Shown: in pieces, positions 53,205 through 64,000 of the stretch
Layout of the letters: each line of letters starts with the position of its first letter
Position numbering within the stretch: the first letter of the stretch is position 1
Assembly (NCBI GenBank): GCA_002269645.1
Contig: NIVC01000202.1
Coordinates: forward strand, 124,001-188,000
Direction: 5' to 3'
DNA length: 64,000 bases
DNA from: Macrostomum lignano
Taxonomy: Eukaryota
Notes under the pieces: model-generated
Database searches by the model: none
The model's input: only the letters and a program-made list of their open reading frames with translations
What the model was told of the DNA's origin: nothing
Translations under genes and position numbers: made by a program

Positions 53205-54000
53205 CCCAGATCCCATTCTTTTTCATCTAGATCCCACTCTCCCATCTAGATTCCACTCTCTCATCTAGATCACACTCTCCCATCTAGATCACACTCTCTC
53301 ATCTAGATCACACTCTCCCATCTAGATCCCACTCTCTCATCTAGATCCCACTCTCTCATCTAGATCTCACTCTCCCATCTAGATCCCACTCTCCCATCTA
53401 GATCCCACTCTCCCATCTAGATCCCACTCTCCCATCTAGATCCCACTCTCCCATCTAGATTCCACTCTCATCTAGATCACACTCTCTCATCTAGATCCCA
53501 CTCTCCCATCTAGATCCCACTCTCCCATCTAGATCCCACTCTCCCATCTAGATTCCACTCTCATCTAGATCACACTCTCTCATCTAGATCCCACTCTCCC
53601 ATCTAGATCACACTATCTCATCTAGATCCCACTCTCCCATCTAGATCCCACTCTCCCATCTAGATCCCACTCTCCCATCTAGATTCCACTCTCATCTAGA
53701 TCACACTCTCTCATCTAGATCCCACTCTCCCATCTAGATCACACTATCTCATCTAGATCTCACTCTCTCATCTAGATCTCACTCTCCCATCTAGATCACA
53801 CTATCTCATCTAGATCTCACTCTCTCATCTAGATCCCACTCTCCCATCTAGATCCCACTCTCTCATCTAGATTCCACTCTCTCATCTAGATCCCACTCTT
53901 TCCCATCTAGATCCCACTCTTTCCCATCTAGATCCCACTCTTTCCCATCTAGATCCCACTCTTTCCCATCTAGATCCCACTCTTTTCCCATCTAGATCCC
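53205..54000. repeat. 19-bp minisatellite (CATCTAGATCCCACTCTCC; 17-21-bp variants)
   Basis: Direct reading. Its reverse complement resembles the 50836 unit. Confidence 0.95.
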
Positions 54001-54077
54001 AATCACCCTGATCCCACCCAACCTTATTCTCCCACATGCACTCAACATTCCACCTAATCTCCCAAATCTCTCTGCAG

Positions 54078-54858
54078 CTACTCCACCCAGGCTGAGCAGC
54101 TGTTCGATCTGCTTCGCTCTTCGCCGGCGCCAACTCCGTCCACTCTGGCACGCCTGCTGCTGCTGGCGGACCCCAGCTGCTCTGTGGAGTCGGGCACAAT
54201 GGAGAATGCTGCCAGTCTGGTCCTGCGGCACAGCCTCCTTGACTGCCGGATCCGCATCGATTCGATTCACGGCGAGGCCGAGCGGAGCCGGGCGATGCTC
54301 GACCAGCAGTTGGGCATCGAGCTGGCCAAGCATTGCCCCCCGCTGCGCCCAATCCTAGTTGCTATGCAGTGCCTGCTGATGCCTGAGCTCGAGCCCGGCC
54401 TGACCGACTGGCACCTGCTGCTGCTGCTGTGCTGGTCAATGCACCGGCGGGGTCGCCTGCCGCCTCTGCCCGACATTCGGGCGGCGCTGACGCCTGCCGG
54501 CCTGCCAGCCGAGTTCGGAGCTCGCCTCCGCTGCGGAGCCGCTGCCGGCGGGGCCGCCAGCCTCGGCCAGCAGCTGCTAGACGCTCTTGAAGATGCTGTT
54601 GAATTGGGATTCGACGGCGGCGGATTGTCGCAGGCGGAGGCTTCGTTGTTGTCTGCTGCAATCGACAGCTGCCGTCCGAGGCTGGCGGAGGCCCGGCGCC
54701 GGCTGCTGCTGGGCGATCGGCTGGCCGAAGTTGTCGCCGATGTTGGCGGCGGCGTCGATAGTGCCGGCTTGTCGGCTGCTGAGGATGCCGATGTTAAGTC
54801 GCTGCGGCTCACGCTGGAGACAATTGACAGGGAGGACAGCATTCGGTGCGCCTCCTGA
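54078..54858 (+). CDS. MTPAP/TUTase-like protein, last exon (central and PAP-associated-like region)
   Basis: Acceptor CTCTCTGCAG matches phase 2. LTDWHLLLLLCWSMHRRGRLPPL resembles [34 protein letters not shown]..LGFD resembles TLELLLKEFFE..FAFD. Confidence 0.68.
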
Positions 54859-54867
54859 GCTCGCACT

Positions 54868-55480
54868 GCCACCTCACTGTCACACCTCACCTCACTGTCA
54901 CACCGCACTGTCACACTCAACTCACTGTCACACTCACCTCATTGTCACACTCACCTCATTGTCACACTCACCTCATTGTCACACTCACCTCATTGTCACA
55001 CTCACCTCACTGTCACACTCACCTCATTGTCACACCCACCTCACTGTCACACTCACCTCATTGTCACACCCACCTCACTGTCACACTCACCTCATTGTCA
55101 CACTCACCTCACTGTCACACTCACCTCATTGTCACACTCACCTCATTGTCACACTCACCTCACTGTCACACTCACCTCATTGTCACACTCACCTCACTGT
55201 CACACTCACCTCACTGTCACACTCACCTCATTGTCACACCCACCTCACTGTCACACTCACCTCATTGTCACACTCACCTCACTGTCACACTCACCTCACT
55301 GTCACACTCACCTCACTGTCACACTCACCTCATTGTCACACTCACCTCACTGTCACACTCACCTCACTGTCACACTCACCTCACTGTCACACTCACCTCA
55401 CTGTCACACTTACCTCACTGTCACACTTACCTCACTGTCACACTTACCTCACTGTCACACTCATCCCACTGTCACACCCG
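54868..55480. repeat. 17-bp minisatellite (CACACTCACCTCACTGT) immediately after the stop codon
   Basis: Direct reading. Confidence 0.95.
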
Positions 55481-56199
55481 CTGTCAATAATTGTCATAAT
55501 ATGTAATGCTAGTTCACAGTAATGAATTGCTATTCAATATAAATTCTAATTGGCATTTATATTGCATTTCTAATATCTGAAAACATTTGAAATATAAACC
55601 AGTAATAATCTTATTTATAATTTAAGCCTTCAAAAATGTGTTTACTCTCACGGCCTTTTTAATTACCAATTAACAATTACCAAAAAGGCCTTGCACTTTT
55701 GTCGTCAACTGTTTTCGCTTCCGGGCTCAGTGGAAATGTTTAACTAATTTATAAAAACTTCTCATTGAGCTCTCCTGTGGAACTAAAAGTACACTGACTA
55801 ACAGTCCAACGCTAATCGGCTTTTCTTCGCCGCTATGCTCAAATACAGTAATTTTGCTGCACCAAATTTGGAGATACCAAATTTGGAAATGCATCGCTTT
55901 TCTTGCAAGGCGAAAAAACCCTGCAGTCTGCGAGAGAGCGAAAAAAATTATCCCCAAATTAGTGGGCGAGGGCGGACAGGCAGTGCTCAGCTGAGTTCCC
56001 CATTTTGCTTCTTCTGCCTGTAATTAGTATGCGGATCCCGCGCTCGTTTTGATTCTTCAAGCAAGCCGTCGGTGCGATTGTCTAGACATTCTAATTACTA
56101 ATCTAGTTGCTCTTTACCTAAATATGGCCACTCTAAATATGAATCTGCTCACTCTGGATAGAAATCTTGTTATTCGAGTTACGGAATTAAAGTCTAGTC

Positions 56200-56625
56200 A
56201 CGCTAAACTGAAATCTAATCTCTAAACTGAAATCTAATCTCCAAACTGAAATCTAATCTCGAAACTGAAATCTAGTCACATTAAACTGAAATCTAATCTC
56301 CAAACTGAAATCTAATCTCGAAACTGAAATCTAGTCACATTAAACTGAAATCTAATCTCCAAACTGAAATCTAATCTCGAAACTGAAATCTAGTCACATT
56401 AAACTGAAATCTAGCCAAACTAAACTGAAATCTAGTCACAATCAATCTGAAATTTAGTCATACTAAACTGAAATCTAATCTCTAAACTGAAATCTAGTCA
56501 CATTAAACTGAAATCTAGTCACAATCAATCTGAAATCAAATAACACTAAACTGAAATCTAGCCAAACTAAACTGAAATCTAGCCAAACTAAACTGAAATC
56601 TAGTCACATCACACTAGTGAAAAAT
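56200..56625. repeat. 21-bp minisatellite (TAAACTGAAATCTAGTCACAT)
   Basis: Direct reading. Confidence 0.92.
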
Positions 56626-57374
56626 CTAGTCATTAAAAAAACCAATACCAAAAATATAATCATAATCTACTCAATAAAATTTAATAAAATCACACACACG
56701 ATGTTTAACTTTCATATTCCAGTTATTAGCTGTAAAATGAATTAGACTGGCAGACAAGATGGTCACGAGTCTATCGAAGCACTCGCATTGAGTCATCGGG
56801 CGAAAGAGCCGCCTGCTTTCGATGACTCGTACGCGCCTCCCCTCCAACGTTGCCCCTCTCCCCTCGTGTTTCATATGGCTAAACCCCCCCCGGTGTTGCA
56901 AAGCCATAATACTATGTGTTATTATTGCAATCTATTAATACTATAAAGCTGACAGAGCCTTACCAGGTGGGGGACCATGGCGTTGGCACGAGAAATGACT
57001 CACTCCGCTTATACCAGCACGCTAAAACACACTAGAGCGAAGTCTCTAACATTGACCCTTTAGGGGGGGGGGTGGATAGTGCCGAGGTGACGCGTTGGGA
57101 GGATAGGGGATTATTACGTAATTCTATTTCCCATCTGCAGCAGTCAGCCAGAAGCGGGCAAGCAAAAGCGCTTGCTTGCTATCGAATCCTGGTCAACGAC
57201 TTTTTTTCTCTTTTGCTTGTGCATTTTCTGGTTTCTTTCGGTGGAAGGAAAATTTTCTAGTCTGACAGGTCCCCTAAAATTGCTTCTGAGCGAATGTTCA
57301 GAAAAATTAAATTAGGAAAGTCAGTCTTTTTACCATAATTCCTAGCAGTTTGCAGTTTTGATCAGTCTCTTACA

Positions 57375-57860
57375 ATCTTGTCTATGGCCTAAACCCCACC
57401 GCCCAGTGTGTACACAAGGTCTCTATCTTCACTGTATATGGCCTAAACCACCGCCCAGTGTGTACACAAGTGTCTTTATCTTCACTGTCTATGGCCTAAA
57501 CCTCACCGCCCAGTGTGTACACAAGTGTCTTTATCTTCACTGTCTATGGCCTAAACCTCACTGCCCAGTGTGTACACAAGTGTCTTTATCTTCACTGTCT
57601 ATGGCCTAAACCCCACCGCCCAGTGTGTGCACAAGGTCTCTATCTTCACTGTCTATGGCCTAAACCTCACCGCCCAGTGTGTACACAAGTGTCTTTATCT
57701 TCACTGTCTATGGCCTAAACCTCACCGCCCAGTGTGTACACAAGTGTCTTTATCTTCACTGTCTATGGCCTAAACCCCACCGCCCAGTGTGTACACAAGT
57801 GTCTTTATCTTCACTGTCTATGGCCTAAACCTCACCGCCCAGTGCGTACACGAGTGTCAC
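57375..57860. repeat. 55-bp minisatellite (CAGTGTGTACACAAGTGTCTTTATCTTCACTGTCTATGGCCTAAACCTCACCGCC)
   Basis: About 8.5 copies. Confidence 0.95.
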
Positions 57861-58477
57861 TCCAGTTCGAACATTTAATTTGTCTTGTTTTTACATGTAC
57901 TTTTCATTTTTCCAACTCTGAGTCAAGTTGCATTTGGGGTTTGAAACAAAATTTTGTTTAACAAAATCACATGGCTTGTCTGCGTATGTTTTTTATTACA
58001 ATATCTACTTTTCAATCACAACAACATTCAGTTCGTGCACTCTGCAATAATAAGGCTAGAAATTCTATAATTAGGCATGACCACTTAGACTACACAATCA
58101 GCAAGAAATACGTGCTATTTTTAAATCAGCCCACAGCTGTCTCGCATTTTCCTGCACTTTCGGGTCAGCCAAATGAAACCGTTTCTTTTTCTCTTTCAGG
58201 TCCAGGGTTTATCCCGTGTGTGCTCGGTGCAAAACTAGGTACTATATGCTAATTCAAGCTGAATTTCATATATTTTTGCTTTGCCATTTTTGGCTCTGAC
58301 TCATCTTTTCTGTTATCTATTAAAGTGCCCTGACAAAAAAAGGATGCGAAAGATCAGTTTTATCAGGTTTCGCCATTAAAATCTGCTTTGAATGTGCGTG
58401 TCGTTCCAGATATTGCATCACATTTCCACGCTTCCTTTTTATAATATCTGGCAGGCACTTTTTACTGTGTGTTTCTA

Positions 58478-59255
58478 ACTTGTATTGTGTCAGACAGCGC
58501 CAAGTTTTGTATTGTGTCAGACTGCGATAGTTTTGTATTGTGTCAGACTGCGCCAAGTTGTGTATTGTGTCAGACTGCGCCAAGTTTTGTATTGTGTCAG
58601 GCTGCGCCAAGTTGTGTATTGTGTCAGACTGTGCCAAGTCTGCATGTGTTTCTACCTTAGATTGTGCCAGACTGTGCCAAGTCTGCATGTGTTTCTACCT
58701 TAGATTGTGTCAGACTGTGCCAAGTCGGCATGTGTTTCTACCTTAGATTGTGTCAGACTGTGCCAAGTCTGCATGTGTTTCTACCTTAGATTGTGTCAGA
58801 CTGTGCCAAGTCTGCATGTATTTCTACCTTAGATTGTGTCAGACTGTGCCAAGTCTGCATGTGTTTCTACCTTAGATTGTGTCAGACTGTGCCAAGTCTG
58901 CATGTGTTTCTACCTTAGATTGTGTCAGACTGTGCCAAGTCTGCATGTATTTCTACCTTAGATTGTGTCAGACTGTGCCAAGTCTGCATGTGTTTCTACC
59001 TTAGATTGTGTCAGACTGTGCCAAGTCTGCATGTATTTCTACCTTAGATTGTGTCAGACTGTGCCAAGTCTGCATGTGTTTCTACCTTAGATTGTGTCAG
59101 ACTGTGCCAAGTCTGCATGTGTTTCTACCTTAGATTGTGTCAGACTGTGCCAAGTCTGCATGTGTTTCTACCTTAGATTGTGTCAGAATGTGCCAAGTCT
59201 GCATGTGTTTCTACCTTAGATTGTGTCAGACTGTGCCAAGTCTGCATGTGTTTCT
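58478..59255. repeat. 27-bp then 43-bp minisatellite sharing a TTGTGTCAGACTG(T/C)GCCAAGT core
   Basis: Period 27 to about 58640, then period 43. Confidence 0.94.
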
Positions 59256-59971
59256 TGCTCAGCGCTATAGCACATAACACTCTTCATAACTGAAAGGAAG
59301 TTTAGTAAGACTCCCAGTGCAGATGATGGGGAAGAATTGACACTGGGGGCGGTGTATCGCAGAGTGAAACTCTGCAGTCGTTGACGGGTTGGTACTAAAG
59401 TACGCCTCGATATTGTGGAACCTTTTGAGTTTGAAAGGCCAGGCAAGGACAAGGACTGGAAGGAAGGGAGAGTCAAAGGCCGAGCTGTCCCGGTTTGTCC
59501 CCCCCTCCACAATAAAACCGGTTGGAGACGAGTGAGGGCGAAATCTATAAAGAGGGGGAGGGGCAGAGCAGGCAGAAGTCCCGAATCCACGCCCACGCAC
59601 TGCTGGCTCTGCCTCCCCTCCGGTGACCGCCTCCGCATTCTCGCCCGGGGGACAGAGGCAGCCACCCCAGCCTCCCCGCCTCCGCCATTTTTACTCCTCT
59701 CCAAATAAAACTTTTCCGTTTCCCTGGTCCTGTCCTTGCCCAACCCCAGCGCGCGTCTCCTGTTCGCCTCTTCTCTTTGCAGTTGCGGACTTGCTAGAGT
59801 TCAACACAAGGGAGCCGCTGCACTTGATAGGAGCCTTAGGGAAGAAATCCCGTTCCATATTTAGCCGGCTGCCTGCGGAGTGAATGGGTGAGATTTGAGC
59901 TTATGGGAGCTGTTTGCAGATTGAGTTGAGTCCTCTGCCGACTCCTGGAGGACATTGGTGTGGCCTAATGA

Positions 59972-62900
59972 GGCATCGGGGGGGGGGCAGTGGATGCTGC
60001 GCCTGCTGAAGCATCGGAGGGGGCAGTGGATGCTGCGCCTGCTGAAGCATCGGGGGCTGTGCAGTGGATGCTGCGCCTGCTGAAGCATCGGGGGCTGTGC
60101 AGTGGATGCTGCGCCTGCTGAAGCATCGGGGGGGGGGGAGGGGGCAATGGATTCTGCGCCTGCTGAAGCATCGGGGGGAGGGGGCAATGGATTCTGCGCC
60201 TGCTGAAGCATCGGGGGGAGGGGGCAATGGATTCTGCGCCTGCTGAAGCATCGGGGGCTGTGCAGTGGATGCTGCGCCTGCTGAAGCATCGGGGGGAGGG
60301 GGCAATGGATTCTGCGCCTGCTGAAGCATCGGGGGCTGTGCAGTGGATGCTGCGCCTGCTGAAGCATCGGGGGGAGGGGGCAATGGATTCTGCGCCTGCT
60401 GAAGCATCGGGGGCTGTGCAGTGGATGCTGCGCCTGCTGAAGCATCGGGGGGAGGGGGCAATGGATTCTGCGCCTGCTGAAGCATCGGGGGGAGGGGGCA
60501 ATGGATTCTGCGCCTGCTGAAGCATCGGAGGGGGGCAGTGGATGCTGGGCCTGCTGAAGCATCGGGGGGGAGGTGGCAATGGATTCTGCGCCTGCTGAAG
60601 CATCGGGGGCTGTGCAGTGGATGCTGCGCCTGCTGAAGCATCGGGGGGGAGGGGGCAATGGATTCTGCGCCTGCTGAAGCATCGGGGGCTGTGCAGTGGA
60701 TGCTGCGCCTGCTGAAGCATCGGGGGGGAGGGGGCAATGGATTCTGCGCCTGCTGAAGCATCGGGGGCTGTGCAGTGGATGCTGCGCCTGCTGAAGCATC
60801 GGGGGCTGTGCAGTGGATGCTGCGCCTGATGAAGCATCGGAGGGGGCAGTGGATGCTGCGCCTGCTGAAGCATCGGAGGGGGGGCAGTGGATGCTGCGCC
60901 TGCTGAAGCATCGGGGGGGGCAATGGATGCTGCGCCTGCTGAAGCATCGGGGGGGGCAATGGATGCTGCGCCTGCTGAAGCATCGGGGGGGGCAATGGAT
61001 GCTGCGCCTGCTGAAGCACCGGGGGGGGCAGTGGATGCTGCGCCTGCTGAAGCACCGGGGGGGCAGTGGATGCTGCGCCTGATGAAGCACCGGGGGCAGT
61101 GGATGCTGCGCCTGCTGAAGCACCGGGGGGGAGGGGGCAATGGATGCTGCGCCTGCTGAAGCACCGGGGGGCAGTGGATGCTGCGCCTGCTGAAGCATCG
61201 GGGGCTGTGCAGTGGATGCTGCGCCTGATGAAGCATCGGAGGGGGCAGTGGATGCTGCGCCTGCTGAAGCATCGGGGGGGGGGCAATGGATGCTGCGCCT
61301 GCTGAAGCATCGGGGGGGGGGCAATGGATGCTGCGCCTGCTGAAGCACCGGGGGGGGCAGTGGATGCTGCGCCTGCTGAAGCACCGGGGGGGGGCAGTGG
61401 ATGCTGCGCCTGCTGAAGCATCGGGGGGGGGCAATGGATGCTGCGCCTGCTGAAGCACCGGGGGGGAGGGGCAATGGATGCTGCGCCTGCTGAAGCACCG
61501 GGGGGGGGCAGTGGATGCTGCGCCTGCTGAAGCATCGGGGGCTGTGCAGTGGATGCTGCGCCTGATGAAGCATCGGAGGGGGCAGTGGATGCTGCGCCTG
61601 CTGAAGCATCGGGGGGGGGGAAATGGATGCTGCGCCTGCTGAAGCACCGGGGGGGGGGCAGTGGATGCTGCGCCTGCTGAAGCATCGGGGGCTGTGCAGT
61701 GGATGCTGCGCCTGATGAAGCATCGGAGGGGGCAGTGGATGCTGCGCCTGCTGAAGCACCGGGGGGGCAGTGGATGCTGCGCCTGCTGAAGCATCGGGGG
61801 GGGGGAGGGGGCAATGGATTCTGCGCCTGCTGAAGCATCGGGGGGGAGGGGGCAATGGATTCTGCGCCTGCTGAAGCATCGGGGGCTGTGCAGTGGATGC
61901 TGCGCCTGCTGAAGCATCGGGGGGAGGGGGCAATGGATTCTGCGCCTGCTGAAGCATCGGGGGCTGTGCAGTGGATGCTGCGCCTGCTGAAGCATCGGGG
62001 GGAGGGGCAATGGATTCTGCGCCTGCTGAAGCATCGGGGGCTGTGCAGTGGATGCTGCGCCTGCTGAAGCATCGGGGGGAGGGGGCAATGGATTCTGCGC
62101 CTGCTGAAGCATCGGGGGGGAGGGGGCAATGGATTCTGCGCCTGCTGAAGCATCGGGGGCTGTGCAGTGGATGCTGCGCCTGCTGAAGCATCGGGGGGAG
62201 GGGGCAATGGATTCTGCGCCTGCTGAAGCATCGGGGGCTGTGCAGTGGATGCTGCGCCTGCTGAAGCATCGGGGGGGAGGGGGCAATGGATTCTGCGCCT
62301 GCTGAAGCATCGGGGCTGTGCAGTGGATGCTGCGCCTGCTGAAGCATCGGGGGCTGTGCAGTGGATGCTGCGCCTGATGAAGCATCGGAGGGGGCAGTGG
62401 ATGCTGCGCCTGCTGAAGCATCGGGGGGGGGGCAGTGGATGCTGCGCCTGCTGAAGCATCGGGGGGGCAATGGATGCTGCGCCTGCTGAAGCATCGGGGG
62501 GGGCAATGGATGCTGCGCCTGCTGAAGCATCGGGGGGGGGCAATGGATGCTGCGCCTGCTGAAGCACCGGGGGGGGGCAGTGGATGCTGCGCCTGCTGAA
62601 GCACCGGGGGGGCAGTGGATGCTGCGCCTGATGAAGCACCGGGGGCAGTGGATGCTGCGCCTGCTGAAGCACCGGGGGGAGGGGCAATGGATGCTGCGCC
62701 TGCTGAAGCACCGGGGGGCAGTGGATGCTGCGCCTGCTGAAGCATCGGGGGCTGTGCAGTGGATGCTGCGCCTGATGAAGCATCGGAGGGGGCAGTGGAT
62801 GCTGCGCCTGCTGAAGCATCGGGGGGGGGCAATGGATGCTGCGCCTGCTGAAGCATCGGGGGCTGTGCAGTGGATGCTGCGCCTGCTGAAGCATCGGGGG

Positions 62901-64000
62901 CTGTGCAGTGGATGCTGCGCCTGCTGAAGCATCGGGGGGGGGGGGGCAATGGATTCTGCGCCTGCTGAAGCATCGGGGGGGAGGGGGCAATGGATTCTGC
63001 GCCTGCTGAAGCATCGGGGGGAGGGGCAATGGATGCTGCGCCTGCTGAAGCATCGGGGGCTGTGCAGTGGATGCTGCGCCTGCTGAAGCATCGGGGGGGA
63101 GGGGGCAATGGATTCTGCGCCTGCTGAAGCATCGGGGGCTGTGCAGTGGATGCTGCGCCTGCTGAAGCATCGGGGGGAGGGGGCAATGGATTCTGCGCCT
63201 GCTGAAGCATCGGGGGCTGTGCAGTGGATGCTGCGCCTGCTGAAGCATCGGGGGGGAGGGGGCAATGGATTCTGCGCCTGCTGAAGCATCGGGGGGGAGG
63301 GGGCAATGGATTCTGCGCCTGCTGAAGCATCGGAGGGGGGGCAGTGGATGCTGGGCCTGCTGAAGCATCGGGGGGGAGGTGGCAATGGATTCTGCGCCTG
63401 CTGAAGCATCGGGGGCTGTGCAGTGGATGCTGCGCCTGCTGAAGCATCGGGGGGAGGGGGCAATGGATTCTGCGCCTGCTGAAGCATCGGGGGCTGTGCA
63501 GTGGATGCTGCGCCTGCTGAAGCATCGGGGGGGAGGGGGCAATGGATTCTGCGCCTGCTGAAGCATCGGGGGCTGTGCAGTGGATGCTGCGCCTGCTGAA
63601 GCATCGGGGGCTGTGCAGTGGATGCTGCGCCTGATGAAGCATCGGAGGGGGCAGTGGATGCTGCGCCTGCTGAAGCATCGGAGGGGGGGGCAGTGGATGC
63701 TGCGCCTGCTGAAGCATCGGGGGGGGCAATGGATGCTGCGCCTGCTGAAGCATCGGGGGGGGCAATGGATGCTGCGCCTGCTGAAGCATCGGGGGGGGGG
63801 CAATGGATGCTGCGCCTGCTGAAGCACCGGGGGGGGCAGTGGATGCTGCGCCTGCTGAAGCACCGGGGGGGCAGTGGATGCTGCGCCTGATGAAGCACCG
63901 GGGGCAGTGGATGCTGCGCCTGCTGAAGCACCGGGGGGAGGGCAATGGATGCTGCGCCTGCTGAAGCACCGGGGGGCAGTGGATGCTGCGCCTGCTGAAG
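59972..64000. repeat. >4-kb GC-rich satellite, ~33-40-bp unit TGGATGCTGCGCCTGCTGAAGCATC + variable G-run; runs off window end
   Basis: More than 100 units. Causes three long stop-free frames on the minus strand. Confidence 0.96.

Noticed and set aside
50803-59817. Hexapeptide FNTREP at both about 50803 and about 59799
   Set aside because: Flanks do not align and codons differ. Most likely coincidence.
59861-63969. Three >1300-aa ORFs on the minus strand
   Set aside because: All three frames are open because the repeat unit lacks stops, and variable G-runs scramble frames. Not a credible gene.
58640-64000. CRISPR-like palindromic repeats (also 57375-57860 and the foldback modules)
   Set aside because: No unique spacers, no cas genes, eukaryotic context. 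These are tandem satellites.

Overview
Eukaryotic genomic DNA. It is probably from a free-living flatworm such as Macrostomum: there is an EF-hand+dynein-light-chain (TAL) gene, the exons are GC-rich, and the introns are packed with minisatellites. The species is inferred, not proven. Seven protein-coding loci can be built by hand with canonical GT-AG junctions and consistent phases. (1) An intronless class A neuropeptide-type GPCR (-) with altered DRY and NPxxY motifs. (2) A 3-exon TAL gene (+). (3) A 4-exon RABEPK gene (-). (4) An orphan 116-aa ORF ending in a CaaX box, 48 nt upstream of the RABEPK ATG (-). (5) An intronless SDE2 with a coding VNTR (+). (6) A 5-exon UBE3B (+). (7) A 2-exon gene resembling mitochondrial poly(A) polymerase/TUTase that lacks the catalytic DxD and has no in-frame ATG (+). 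The rest is more than 30 distinct micro/minisatellite arrays, two tRNA-derived SINE families, and several foldback (inverted modular repeat) elements, one with a 9-bp target-site duplication. Most long ORFs in the supplied track are artefacts of these repeats. Family assignments rest on motifs recalled from memory; no database searches were run.
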